DNA from: a virus
Lineage: Duplodnaviria > Caudoviricetes
Virus record (IMG/VR): IMGVR_UViG_2740892280_000002
Coordinates: 15,512-79,511 of that record
Direction: 5' to 3' (one strand)
DNA length: 64,000 nt
A model generated the notes under the pieces. It had not been told where the DNA came from. It did no database searches and saw only the letters and a program-made list of their open reading frames with translations. Shown piece by piece: positions 8,706-17,235 of this stretch. Both the position numbers and the translations under genes were made by a program. How positions within the stretch are numbered: the first letter of the stretch is position 1; each line of letters begins with the position of its first letter.

Positions 8706-8921
8706 ATGAGCATCGATCCGGAGGGAATGGAAGCCCTCAAGGAAAACGTAAGGAGCGGGCTTATGCTCGGGTTTGCAATCGGTCAGAAGATCGCCTTGAC
8801 GATCAAGGAATGCGCCGAGGACCCGGACAAATACGAGCCTGGGCTTATCAGCAAAATGTGGTCCGACGTCGAGGCAATCGACGAAGTCATCGAAGCGGCA
8901 AAGGAGTCCGTAAGCGCATGA
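8706..8921 (+). CDS. hypothetical protein
   Basis: GTAGCCAAAAGGAGAAAAAATG leader, identical to that at 6469. Confidence 0.65.
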   Translation: MSIDPEGMEALKENVRSGLMLGFAIGQKIALTIKECAEDPDKYEPGLISKMWSDVEAIDEVIEAAKESVSA

Positions 8922-9082
8922 AACAGTCATTCAAAGACAAGCTCGAAAAGAGCGCTGAAATCGGAGCGACGCTCGGCGTTTGCGCAGCGGCCTTTGTCTT
9001 CGTCTCCGGCGCGATCTTTATCGCGAGCGCAGTCGCCGGTACTCCGGCCTTTATCATCCTCAAGATCTTCGGAGGTCTTTAA
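8918..9082 (+). CDS. small membrane protein (54 aa)
   Basis: Hydrophobic C-terminal two thirds; coupled start and stop. Confidence 0.55.
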   Translation: MKQSFKDKLEKSAEIGATLGVCAAAFVFVSGAIFIASAVAGTPAFIILKIFGGL

Positions 9083-9408
9083 TGGCCTTCTTTGATCGGT
9101 TTAAAAACCCCGAGGGCGAGGAGCTTGAAGTTACCGGCCCGGACTATCCGGAGGGCTTCTCTTTGGCAAACCTCGAATGGGAGGAAATGCAGACCCGGTC
9201 GGTTAGCCTGATCTTCCGCGACGGCTCAAGGCTTGCTTACGAGCGGATCAAGTCGGTTGCCCAGGTTGCCGATTTCGTCTTTATCGAGCGCGAGCATGAG
9301 GGAAAGACGGTCATCGAGCGATACCATATCGATATCGTTGCATCGTTCCGGGAGACGATTACGCCGACCGTGCCCGAAGAGCCAATCGACGGGGAGGGCG
9401 ACGAATGA
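9082..9408 (+). CDS. hypothetical protein (108 aa)
   Basis: GGAGG RBS, TAATG coupling. Confidence 0.6.
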   Translation: MAFFDRFKNPEGEELEVTGPDYPEGFSLANLEWEEMQTRSVSLIFRDGSRLAYERIKSVAQVADFVFIEREHEGKTVIERYHIDIVASFRETITPTVPEEPIDGEGDE

Positions 9409-9731
9409 GCGACGCTCCCCGCGTAACCCCCGGCGATATCGAGGCGGCGATCTCTTCCGAGCACTTCTTTACCGCGCTCGAAGGCGTTGACGGCCATTTT
9501 AGGGGTGGCCCGGAGGCGCAAGCGATCAAGGACGCTAAGACCCTAGGGCTCCTGACGATCTGCGTCCTTGTCCTCGACAACGGCTTTACGGTCCTCGGCA
9601 AGAGCGCTTGCGCGTCCCCGGAGAACTTCGACGCATTTATCGGTCGGAAGCTCGCACGCCAGGACGCGGTCAACCAGATCTGGCCGCTCCTCGGTTTCCG
9701 GCTTCGAGATCATATCCAATCGGCTATCTAG
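9405..9731 (+). CDS. phage Gp49/Gp66-family protein
   Basis: LTICVLVLDNGFTVLGKSACASPENFDAFIGRKLAR..IWPLLG signature. Confidence 0.85.
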   Translation: MSDAPRVTPGDIEAAISSEHFFTALEGVDGHFRGGPEAQAIKDAKTLGLLTICVLVLDNGFTVLGKSACASPENFDAFIGRKLARQDAVNQIWPLLGFRLRDHIQSAI

Positions 9732-9737
9732 ATCCGA

Positions 9738-9765
9738 AGGCTCGCTCTAACCGGCGGGCCTTTTT
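9738..9765 (+). terminator. intrinsic terminator
   Basis: aggctcgc/gcgggcct stem followed by TTTTT. Confidence 0.65.
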
Positions 9766-9824
9766 CCTTCCCGCTCTTCTTGCTAGAAGTTGTGATGCGA
9801 AACGACTCAATCCGAGGGGCGGAA

Positions 9825-10175
9825 ATGGAAGCTTTCATTTATGCGCTAGCTGCGACCGCTATCGGCGGCATGACCGTCCTAGGCTACAAGCAGCCGAAAC
9901 ATTTCCATAGAATTGCACCATTTATCCTAATGGCAACACTCTCATACATTCTTGCGATTAGTATTAGTAGGATGGGGTTTGAAGAGGGGTTAAAGGCTGC
10001 TCATAAGATTTATGAGGTAAAGGGAGAGTTTAGTGAGGAGCCCTTCGATAGCTTTTATAATAAGCATATCTCTCAGATCGGTACGATCTGCCTTTTCGTA
10101 TTCCCCTATACGTTTATCGTTTGGTTTTTTCCTGAGATATTTGATCTCAAAGAGGACGAGAAGCAGGGCAAATAA
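9825..10175 (+). CDS. AT-rich membrane protein, paralogue 1
   Basis: Three hydrophobic segments; homologous to next ORF (FIY.LA..AI...T.LGYK.P..F.R.A). Confidence 0.7.
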   Translation: MEAFIYALAATAIGGMTVLGYKQPKHFHRIAPFILMATLSYILAISISRMGFEEGLKAAHKIYEVKGEFSEEPFDSFYNKHISQIGTICLFVFPYTFIVWFFPEIFDLKEDEKQGK

Positions 10176-10534
10176 TGGAAACGTTCATATATTCTTTGGC
10201 AGGGCTTGCAATCGTTGCTCTCACGAGCCTCGGATACAAGAACCCGAGGGACTTTAGCCGGGTCGCAATCTATATTTACTTGACGCTATTCATGTTCATA
10301 CTTGGCGTTTACGCTATAAGATTCGGATTTAACTCCGGTTTTCGCTCGGCGCATAAGATGTATGACGTTAAAGAGTTTCTTCTACCAAGCAAAATAGAGG
10401 AATTTTACGATCCGATTATAACACAACTAACCTACATCGCATTTGGTCTTATTGTTTGGATGACATTTGTCTCGCTCTTTCCATACATCTTCGATTTAGA
10501 CGAAACCAAGAAAGACGAAACCAAGAAAGACTAG
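10175..10534 (+). CDS. AT-rich membrane protein, paralogue 2
   Basis: Same layout incl. GF..G.(K/R).AHK.Y.VK; ends in a 15-nt tandem repeat (DETKK x2). Confidence 0.7.
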   Translation: METFIYSLAGLAIVALTSLGYKNPRDFSRVAIYIYLTLFMFILGVYAIRFGFNSGFRSAHKMYDVKEFLLPSKIEEFYDPIITQLTYIAFGLIVWMTFVSLFPYIFDLDETKKDETKKD

Positions 10535-10538
10535 GCGT

Positions 10539-10570
10539 AAAAAAACCCGCTCCGAGGCGGGTTTCTTCTT
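10539..10570. terminator. bidirectional intrinsic terminator
   Basis: aaacccgc-tccgag-gcgggttt with A tract upstream, between convergent operons. Confidence 0.75.
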
Positions 10571-10802
10571 AGTCGGCAAGCTTGTAATCGAGCGTATCTT
10601 CACGGATCGGGTTCGCCTGTTTGAACTCGGCAACGGTCTCAAAGAGCCCTGTACGGCGACGGCACCACGGGTCTTCTCCGATAAACGTCCAGCCTTCCTT
10701 GAGGAGGACGTCGTGAAAGGGAACATCGCCGCAATCGTCGGTCAGGTCGTAGTCGGCGACAGCCGGGTGGTTTTGGATCGTCTTGGATAGCTTACGCGCC
10801 AT
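10569..10802 (-). CDS. hypothetical early protein
   Basis: Last gene of leftward operon; ATG 10802 chosen. Confidence 0.55.
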   Translation of the reverse strand: MARKLSKTIQNHPAVADYDLTDDCGDVPFHDVLLKEGWTFIGEDPWCRRRTGLFETVAEFKQANPIREDTLDYKLAD

Positions 10803-11019
10803 TTTTTTGAACCTTCTCAACAAACGCCTTGCCGATTGCGACCCACTGATCGAGCGTCATATCGACTAGGCAAGGGGTATAGACCGACTCCGTTTCGTAG
10901 ATGCCGGCGGTTTCGAGATCGTCGTAGGAGAAGATCCAGTAGCTCTGCCCGATAGGCTTCCAGAGATCGAGGTAGGGCGAGCCTACCTCTTTCAGGATCT
11001 TCTTTGTGGTTAGTCGCAT
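10792..11019 (-). CDS. hypothetical early protein (75 aa)
   Basis: 3' part of track ORF 10792..11370; start MRLTTK overlaps upstream stop. Confidence 0.55.
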   Translation of the reverse strand: MRLTTKKILKEVGSPYLDLWKPIGQSYWIFSYDDLETAGIYETESVYTPCLVDMTLDQWVAIGKAFVEKVQKNGA

Positions 11020-11222
11020 TTGACCAATCCCCGGCGGATGCAACGGGTAAGGGCAAGGGAAGACATCCACTTGATCCCGGCATCTTTGATCTGGAGCATC
11101 GTTTCGTCGTCGAAGTTGTCGACCATCTTTACGAGCCGGTCGTAAGCCGGGGACTCGACGCCTACCCGGTTGATCTTGGCGTAACCGGCGCGGAGCTCGG
11201 CGATCTGTTTTTCGGTAAACAT
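11010..11222 (-). CDS. hypothetical early protein
   Basis: Coupled to neighbours, AAGGA RBS. Confidence 0.6.
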   Translation of the reverse strand: MFTEKQIAELRAGYAKINRVGVESPAYDRLVKMVDNFDDETMLQIKDAGIKWMSSLALTRCIRRGLVKCD

Positions 11223-11422
11223 CAGGCGATTTCCTTGAGCTTCTCTTCGGCGGCTTCGCGGGTAGGGAAGGGCTTGTAGCCGGGGTAAAGGGTCTTACCG
11301 TCCTTCTTGATCCGGAAGCCCTGGGAGACGATCTCGAAGCCGGTCGGGTCAAAGACCTGGGTAAGCGCAACCGTCGTTTTGCCGTTGCTCCAAGCCTTCT
11401 GCTCTACGATCTCGTAAGCCAT
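11222..11422 (-). CDS. hypothetical early protein
   Basis: AAGGAAGAG RBS. Confidence 0.6.
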   Translation of the reverse strand: MAYEIVEQKAWSNGKTTVALTQVFDPTGFEIVSQGFRIKKDGKTLYPGYKPFPTREAAEEKLKEIA

Positions 11423-11432
11423 TTTCTCTTCC

Positions 11433-11546
11433 TTACTTCGTGATGCCGGCGAGGCGACGGGCGGCGATTGCGGCGGGCGTATCCCGGATGATGATCATTT
11501 GAGCGAGCTGTGCGTCGGTTAGCTTCTTGGTCGGGCGCTTGGTCAT
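11433..11546 (-). CDS. small basic protein (37 aa)
   Basis: GGAGAG RBS right after promoter cassette. Confidence 0.55.
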   Translation of the reverse strand: MTKRPTKKLTDAQLAQMIIIRDTPAAIAARRLAGITK

Positions 11547-11574
11547 GTCGTTCTCTCCGTCGTTGTTGAGATTG

Positions 11575-11603
11575 ACTATAAGTGCCGTAGCCAAACTGTA
11601 CAG
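11575..11603 (-). promoter_or_regulatory. early promoter CTGTAC-N17-TATAGT
   Basis: Repeated cassette with shared CTCAACAA..ACGGAGA leader. Confidence 0.65.
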
Positions 11604-11648
11604 TGTAAATCGCACAAGAATTCTGTTTTTGTCGACAGGCTAGGGAGC

Positions 11649-11975
11649 TTAAAGCTCCCGCGCCTCTACGATCTGGAATTCCGACCAGGCACCGCGCTTT
11701 ACGAAGCCGTCCCGAGCCTTCTCGGCGAGGTCGAGGCGGGCGGAGGTTGAGAGGATGACCCAAAGCGTCGTGTCCATCATTTCGATCTCGCGCTTGATTT
11801 CGGCGAGGCGTTCCGCCGGGTATCCGAGGGAAGTCATCTCGGCAAGCTCCCGCTCGCGGATCGCCTTGTAGACTTCTCCCGGACGGGCGAGGACGGCGTG
11901 GGAGGTTGCGCGTTTGGTAGAGAACGTTGCGGTTTCGCCGTTCGGCTTGGTAACTTCAAAGGTCTTCTTGGTCAT
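11649..11975 (-). CDS. hypothetical early protein
   Basis: GAGAGAG RBS; hairpin gggagct-taa-agctccc at the 3' end. Confidence 0.65.
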   Translation of the reverse strand: MTKKTFEVTKPNGETATFSTKRATSHAVLARPGEVYKAIRERELAEMTSLGYPAERLAEIKREIEMMDTTLWVILSTSARLDLAEKARDGFVKRGAWSEFQIVEAREL

Positions 11976-12123
11976 GTCGTCGTCTCTCTCGTTTGATGTT
12001 GATTACGTGTAGCCAAAAACAGAAAAGCTGACCAGTGCGATTTCTGAAAAACGCACATTGATTGCGCCGTTACCGGAATCGTGTACCTAATACCGAGGGT
12101 TGAAGTTTGTTGAGGGGCGAGAA

Positions 12124-12984
12124 ATGTCAGAGGAAGAAAGTGTCGACGATGACAAGGAAGCAAAGAGCGAAAAAGGCAGCGGCTTAGACACGGTCGAGCG
12201 CCTCAACAAAATGGGCGGCAAAGACGGGTTGCTTGAACGCTTATTTGGCGGAAGTGTCGACATTCTCGGGGGTAAGTTAACGGCGCTTACAGCATGGGCG
12301 TTTGAAGAGAGGCAGGCAAATACTCGCTCGCATGTTGAAGCTGTCCAGGCGAAAAACCCGGAGCTTATCGATATAACACCCAACCTAAAGACCATCGAAT
12401 ACTTTCACGAATGGCAAAAGAAGGCGGAAAACGTCGGGCCTGACGATGCAGACGCAGCACTCTGGCGTGGCATACTTGAAGATATATTGCGGGGTGAGGA
12501 TAGATTTCAGTCAGATATAATTGACATTGCTAAAAAAATAGACGCGAAAGATTTTGAAATTCTTCGGAAGGTGCGTCAGGGCGGCATAAGAATAACTCAC
12601 GATGCTAGAATAGATCGTTTAATTAGACTTGGCTTGATACAAATTTCTACATCAAATATGATTTTGGGGCAGAGCCTTTTGCTAGGTTCGCTTTTCGCGA
12701 TTGCGTATTTGCTCAAGTTCGTTTCGGATTATGTCGTCGGGGACGGGAGTTTAGATGCTGCGATAGGCGCGGCTATGCTTATGCTCTTCCCAACTTTTCT
12801 CCTGTTTACAAGTATTCGAATGATAAGGTGGAGAAAAGAACGGGCACAATCAAGGGCTAGGCTGTTAAAGGAGAGGGTATTATCCGCGTCAGAGCGTTAT
12901 TATGATTACTATTTTAACGCAAACTACGCAGAGATATCCCCTGTAGGTCGAATATTAATGGAAATGACAGATAGGTATTCATAG
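12124..12984 (+). CDS. AT-rich moron; Abi-alpha (DUF4393)-like N-terminus plus two transmembrane helices
   Basis: ITPNLKT..WQKKAE..ALWRGIL..IIDIAKKIDAKDFEIL resembles the Abi-alpha pattern; opposite strand to neighbours. Confidence 0.45.
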   Translation: MSEEESVDDDKEAKSEKGSGLDTVERLNKMGGKDGLLERLFGGSVDILGGKLTALTAWAFEERQANTRSHVEAVQAKNPELIDITPNLKTIEYFHEWQKKAENVGPDDADAALWRGILEDILRGEDRFQSDIIDIAKKIDAKDFEILRKVRQGGIRITHDARIDRLIRLGLIQISTSNMILGQSLLLGSLFAIAYLLKFVSDYVVGDGSLDAAIGAAMLMLFPTFLLFTSIRMIRWRKERAQSRARLLKERVLSASERYYDYYFNANYAEISPVGRILMEMTDRYS

Positions 12985-13069
12985 TTATATAATCATTCTT
13001 CCGATGGTAGCCGGGTAAAGACGCATTGACGTTATTCTTCACCCGGCTGGCTCTTGGCTGCTCGTAAAC

Positions 13070-13372
13070 CTAACGAACAAGCTCGACCGGCATCCCCCAG
13101 CGGTCGGCGAGGTACTCGATAACGATGACCGCCTCCTCGCGCGTCCGGCAGTCCGTAAGCGCGTCAACGCCTCCGGCCTTTAGGTGGAGGTAGACCGACC
13201 AGAGCTCCGCGTCCTCGGGCTCGCAAGGCTCGAATTGGGTTCCCTCTTGGTCCTCTTCGGAAACGTCCCTGACGCAGTTCAATTCGAGCGTGTCGTAGAT
13301 CGATAGCTCCTCGGCGGTCGGCTCCCGTTCTCCCGGCCAGCAGTTGTAGAGGACAGCGTTAGTTAGGTTCAC
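13070..13372 (-). CDS. hypothetical protein (100 aa)
   Basis: GGAGGG RBS with GTG 13372. Confidence 0.55.
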   Translation of the reverse strand: MNLTNAVLYNCWPGEREPTAEELSIYDTLELNCVRDVSEEDQEGTQFEPCEPEDAELWSVYLHLKAGGVDALTDCRTREEAVIVIEYLADRWGMPVELVR

Positions 13373-13766
13373 TTGCTGCCCTCCGTGCTTCGAATTGAAC
13401 CCACGCCGCAGCCGCTTGGAAGAGAGCGGCGGCAGGGCTATCGCCGATCCCATGATAACCTGGCCCCATATCGATATCGGCGCGGAAACCGCTTACGCGC
13501 GAGACCGGGTCGACATACGGGTAAATCTCGATATCGGGCTGCGTATATTTGAGCTCCTCAAGCCAGGAATTCCAGCGCCGGACGGCTAGGTCCATATCGC
13601 TTGCGAAAGGCCCTCTACGACCGCAAGAGAAGCATTTGACTGCGGTCTTTCGCTCTCCCGGCTTTTCCGTAAACTGGTCGACCGAGGCGAGGGTATTTTT
13701 CGACCCGCACTTCGGGCAGGGGTTCGCGTCGTCGCGAATATTAAGCTGAAACTTTGGTTCGATCAT
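13359..13766 (-). CDS. Lar-like restriction alleviation zinc-ribbon protein with C-terminal extension
   Basis: CPKCGS..VKCFSCGRRGP..AVRRWN pattern; GGAGG RBS. Confidence 0.6.
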   Translation of the reverse strand: MIEPKFQLNIRDDANPCPKCGSKNTLASVDQFTEKPGERKTAVKCFSCGRRGPFASDMDLAVRRWNSWLEELKYTQPDIEIYPYVDPVSRVSGFRADIDMGPGYHGIGDSPAAALFQAAAAWVQFEARRAASEPN

Positions 13767-14082
13767 TGATCCAGCCCTCCGTTTGATGTTCGCGCCAAGC
13801 GCCATTTGTGATCCGATCCCAGAAGCCGGCACCGCCTTCGCATTCCGATTTGTACGGGATAACCGAGTGGTGCAATTCCCTTTGAAGCATCTTCCCGCGA
13901 GCGTGGTCGTCCGGGTAGATCGCGCAGCTACCTAGCTCCTTAAGTACCCACGGCGGAGGGAGTTTCGGCCACTCCTTGAGGGAGCCGAGGAGATCGTAGT
14001 GAACCGGCGCCATCTGCTCGAAAGACGCGGCCTTGTAGCTTTCGGGTAGGTCGGTAGCGAGTTGGAAGCGTTCCACGATCAA
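13741..14082 (-). CDS. hypothetical protein
   Basis: GGAGGG RBS, operon position. Confidence 0.5.
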   Translation of the reverse strand: MIVERFQLATDLPESYKAASFEQMAPVHYDLLGSLKEWPKLPPPWVLKELGSCAIYPDDHARGKMLQRELHHSVIPYKSECEGGAGFWDRITNGAWREHQTEGWINDRTKVSA

Positions 14083-14321
14083 CCCTCCACGCAGGCGTAG
14101 GTAACGAGCCCGTCAATCGTCTGCCAGTATGGGTTTTGAGCCTCGGCGACTTTGCCGTATTGAGCGCAGTACGCGGCAGCTTTGGCGTTCGCGTCCTTGA
14201 GCGTCGGCAAGCGAACCATGCTAAGCGTTAGCCCGTTCTCTCCGAGCGTTCCGACCGTCGAAACCTGCTGGCAACCGGCAAGCGAGAGCGCGAGAAGCGC
14301 TAGCGAAATCATCCTTTTCAA
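14079..14321 (-). CDS. small lipoprotein
   Basis: MKR + hydrophobic stretch + LAGC lipobox; AAGGAGG RBS. Confidence 0.75.
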   Translation of the reverse strand: MKRMISLALLALSLAGCQQVSTVGTLGENGLTLSMVRLPTLKDANAKAAAYCAQYGKVAEAQNPYWQTIDGLVTYACVEG

Positions 14322-14333
14322 ATCGTCACCTCC

Positions 14334-14621
14334 TTAGCCGTTGAAAATGTTGTTTTCTTTGGTGATGCAGACGTCGCGCCCTTCCGGCTGAGAGTCGATC
14401 CGCTTCGTAATGCCTTCGAGCAAGGCGTCGGAGACCGACTTCGCAAACGTTGCCTCGAATTCGTTCGCGCTCGGCTTTTTGAGGTTCTCGGCCTGCGCCT
14501 TTTCAAACGCGGCGATAAGCTCGTGACCGGTCACCCCGTCGCAGGCTTCGGCTTCCGTCCCGCAAGCTGCGAGGACGGTTAAGAAGAGGATCGCGGACGC
14601 GGTCTTGATGGTCTTTTTCAT
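14334..14621 (-). CDS. small lipoprotein
   Basis: MKK + hydrophobic stretch + LAAC lipobox. Confidence 0.75.
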   Translation of the reverse strand: MKKTIKTASAILFLTVLAACGTEAEACDGVTGHELIAAFEKAQAENLKKPSANEFEATFAKSVSDALLEGITKRIDSQPEGRDVCITKENNIFNG

Positions 14622-14653
14622 GTTGTTCCTTTCTGTTTTTGGCTACGCTCTGG

Positions 14654-15073
14654 TCAAAAAACGACCGGCTCGTATGCCTCTTCTGCGTTGTAAGTGTTGA
14701 TGTCTCGAAAGTCGGCGAGGACCTTGAATTTAGAGAGATCGATAGCCGACTCGAAGTCGCGGGACCACCCTTCGTCAAAGGACGAATAGCGGGCGGAGGA
14801 TACGGTTACGTTAGGCGTATTGCCCGGCTTGGAAGCGCCGAAGATCGCCTGCGAAGGGATATCCTGCCAGCCGTCGATAAGGATGACGTAAGGGGCATAG
14901 GAGTAGACCATACCGCGCGCCTTGCGAGCGCCCTTCCTAACGTAGGAGATCTTTACCGCGCTATTGTATTGCGCCCACTTCTCCCGGCTATGGCGGAGGA
15001 GCCAAACGTGCTTGACGACGACGTTCCCGAGACCGCCCTTAGTGATAAGGGTTGCCTTGATACCTTTGGACAT
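14654..15073 (-). CDS. hypothetical protein
   Basis: AAGGAGAG RBS. Confidence 0.65.
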   Translation of the reverse strand: MSKGIKATLITKGGLGNVVVKHVWLLRHSREKWAQYNSAVKISYVRKGARKARGMVYSYAPYVILIDGWQDIPSQAIFGASKPGNTPNVTVSSARYSSFDEGWSRDFESAIDLSKFKVLADFRDINTYNAEEAYEPVVF

Positions 15074-15084
15074 TATTACTCTCC

Positions 15085-15345
15085 TTACGAATAGACGACG
15101 ATGTAGGGGACGCGCGCGCCGACCTTGAAACGGGTTTCGTTGATCATCTCGACCTCAAAAACCTGGTACTCTTCCGGGGACGTATTCTCTGCGCAATCGA
15201 CCCGGACGTAGTCGGCGACGAAGCCAACCGGCCCGCCCTGGGTTGCGTAGAACCAGCGATCAAGACCCGGATGCCAAGCGGCGAAACGGTTGAGGTCGCC
15301 GTCGTTGACGTAGGTCGGGTTGCTTTCGTTAACTTGGTGAAACAT
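15085..15345 (-). CDS. hypothetical protein
   Basis: First gene after promoter cassette, GGAG RBS. Confidence 0.6.
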   Translation of the reverse strand: MFHQVNESNPTYVNDGDLNRFAAWHPGLDRWFYATQGGPVGFVADYVRVDCAENTSPEEYQVFEVEMINETRFKVGARVPYIVVYS

Positions 15346-15371
15346 CGTCTATCTCCGTTTGTTGAGACCGA

Positions 15372-15400
15372 CTTATAAGTGCGCCGCGAACGCTGTACAG
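15372..15400 (-). promoter_or_regulatory. early promoter CTGTAC-N17-TATAAG
   Basis: Cassette homologous to 11575-11603. Confidence 0.65.
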
Positions 15401-15428
15401 AGAAAACGCACAAGATTTCTGTTTTTGG

Positions 15429-15650
15429 CTATGATTTGTCCAAAAACCCAGGGCGCAGTTGGGCGGTTGGTATAGGAGCCCAGGCGCGAACGCGAGCGCC
15501 AAAATTAGCGCCGTAGTAGAAGGCGTAGGGCTCATCCCATACGAGCTTGTCCTGAAGCCTCCCGATAAAGATCCCGCCTTCGCTCGCTAGGAAGATCGCA
15601 TCCTTATCCTTCGGGCATTCGTCCAACTTCCGGCTAAGGATGATACTCAT
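15429..15650 (-). CDS. hypothetical protein (73 aa)
   Basis: 3' part of track ORF; GGAGG RBS; ATGA overlap. Confidence 0.5.
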   Translation of the reverse strand: MSIILSRKLDECPKDKDAIFLASEGGIFIGRLQDKLVWDEPYAFYYGANFGARVRAWAPIPTAQLRPGFLDKS

Positions 15651-15973
15651 AGCTCTACCTCCAATCGTTCCGGCTTGCCGGACTTGAGTCGGGACGCCTC
15701 GCGGAGCGCCCAGGCGGCAAAAACGACAGGCACGTATTTGACGGTAAAGCCTTCGCCGTAGACGCGGTCGCAAAGAGCCTTCGCCGTTGCCTCCGACCTG
15801 TTGAACTGCGGAGCTGGCGGGTCGCCTCGGTAAGGCCCGGAGAGAGGGTAGAAGAACGCGAGACCCTTTTCCGGATGAATGACCCAGTATTTGTCGACGA
15901 TGCACTCTCCGTCGCGCGGGGTTGCCGCGAGAGTTTCCGAGATAAAGAAGAGGTGTTCGGCGCACTTGCTCAT
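15647..15973 (-). CDS. hypothetical protein
   Basis: Coupled overlaps. Confidence 0.6.
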   Translation of the reverse strand: MSKCAEHLFFISETLAATPRDGECIVDKYWVIHPEKGLAFFYPLSGPYRGDPPAPQFNRSEATAKALCDRVYGEGFTVKYVPVVFAAWALREASRLKSGKPERLEVEL

Positions 15974-16164
15974 TGGATTTTTACCCCTCGGTCGTTCTTT
16001 TCAGCAACGTGGATAACCTGCTCCGGCGTCCCGTTGCTTTCGACGGCGATCACGCCCCAGCCGGTAAACGCGGCTAAAAATTCGTTCGCCTCTTCGTCGG
16101 TGTTGAAAGTGATCGTCAGGAACTTCCGCCCCATCACGATTATCTCTCCGGTTCCTTTAGCCAT
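15970..16164 (-). CDS. hypothetical protein
   Basis: AGGAG RBS. Confidence 0.6.
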   Translation of the reverse strand: MAKGTGEIIVMGRKFLTITFNTDEEANEFLAAFTGWGVIAVESNGTPEQVIHVAEKNDRGVKIQ

Positions 16165-16173
16165 GTTCGTCTC

Positions 16174-16386
16174 CTAGTTTATCTTTTCGGCTACAATCTG
16201 CTGAGCCTTCCAAAGGCTCGAAACGTTGTCGAAGGGGATCTTTTCCCCGTCGTAGGACTCCCGCCATACGACGAATTCGTCGGGGAAGTCGAAAGATGCG
16301 GTGATGTGAAATTTTCGACCGCCGGAGCGAGCTGACCATCGCCAGCCGAGCTCGCTCGCCGTTGCCTCGAATTGGATCGCGGTCAT
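16174..16386 (-). CDS. hypothetical protein
   Basis: GGAGG RBS. Confidence 0.6.
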   Translation of the reverse strand: MTAIQFEATASELGWRWSARSGGRKFHITASFDFPDEFVVWRESYDGEKIPFDNVSSLWKAQQIVAEKIN

Positions 16387-16670
16387 GATGCCTCCGCGTG
16401 GTCAGCATATGAGAAATACTTGGCTGCCGCCTTAAGCGAGCCGTCCTTCCGGACCTCGCGAACGGCAACCGAGTCCGTCGAGCGGTGCGTCTCGGGATTA
16501 GACCAGATCATCGCGCAAGAGCAGGCGTGCTCGAAGCTCTCCGCGTCGTATTCGAAGAAATCGCCGGAGAGGGTAAGGACGTGATAAACGAACCCGCCAG
16601 CGATACCGCGCGCTACGCGGCCTTCGGCGGCTTCGCGGGTCATCAGGCGGGAAAGAGGGAATTCGGTCAT
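16383..16670 (-). CDS. hypothetical protein (95 aa)
   Basis: GGAGG RBS before ATG 16670. Confidence 0.55.
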   Translation of the reverse strand: MTEFPLSRLMTREAAEGRVARGIAGGFVYHVLTLSGDFFEYDAESFEHACSCAMIWSNPETHRSTDSVAVREVRKDGSLKAAAKYFSYADHAEAS

Positions 16671-16687
16671 AGGAACCTCCAAGAGGG

Positions 16688-16975
16688 TTAGAAATTGACT
16701 TCGATCAGCGTCTTGTTTTTCGCGTTCCGGCGAAGAACCTTTGCGCGGATCAGGCAAGTGATTGCCTTTGCGTAATCGTTCTCGCTCGGCTCGATCCCGG
16801 AGAGGGCGTCGCCGATTTTCTTGATCCGCTCGATAGGAAGAGCTGCGAAGAATTGAGCCCGGAAGGCTTGAGAGATCGCGTACTCGACAGGGGTGTAATC
16901 CCGGTTTGTAAGGTACTCGGCGAAGAGCTCGTAGGTCTTGGCTTCTTCCGGGTAGCGTTTAGAAAAGTCGGTCAT
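16688..16975 (-). CDS. hypothetical protein
   Basis: First gene after promoter cassette. Confidence 0.65.
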   Translation of the reverse strand: MTDFSKRYPEEAKTYELFAEYLTNRDYTPVEYAISQAFRAQFFAALPIERIKKIGDALSGIEPSENDYAKAITCLIRAKVLRRNAKNKTLIEVNF

Positions 16976-17002
16976 TTCCGTCTCCGTCGTTGTTGAGATC
17001 TT

Positions 17003-17031
17003 ATGTAGACGGAATCGGAAAAGCTGTACAG
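17003..17031 (-). promoter_or_regulatory. early promoter CTGTAC-N17-CTACAT
   Basis: Cassette homologous to 11575 and 15372. Confidence 0.6.
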
Positions 17032-17157
17032 ATGAAAATGCACGAAAAATATGTTTTTGGCTACATTGTTTTCTGGCAGTAATCGCTCCGCCATTTTAGG
17101 TTCGGAGCGTCAAAGGGGCTTATCTCTTTGGCAAACTAGAAAGGGGGTGACGCACTG

Positions 17158-17235
17158 ATGAAAATCCGGCAAGTCCGGTTCAAGCTCAAGTTCTTCGGCT
17201 TCGCAATCGAAATCAACTTGAGATTTGAACGCTAA
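17158..17235 (+). CDS. 25-aa cationic/hydrophobic peptide in a type I toxin-like mRNA architecture
   Basis: MKIRQVRFKLKFFGFAIEINLRFER; RBS region 17144-17155 is perfectly complementary to 17283-17294; hairpin 17242-17267. Confidence 0.55.
   Translation: MKIRQVRFKLKFFGFAIEINLRFER

Noticed and set aside
10500-10532. 15-nt tandem repeat gacgaaaccaagaaa
   Set aside because: Two in-frame units coding DETKK; simple slippage with no array.
10792-11370. 192-aa ORF as a single gene
   Set aside because: The 5' part overlaps two better-supported genes in other frames; only 10792-11019 was kept.
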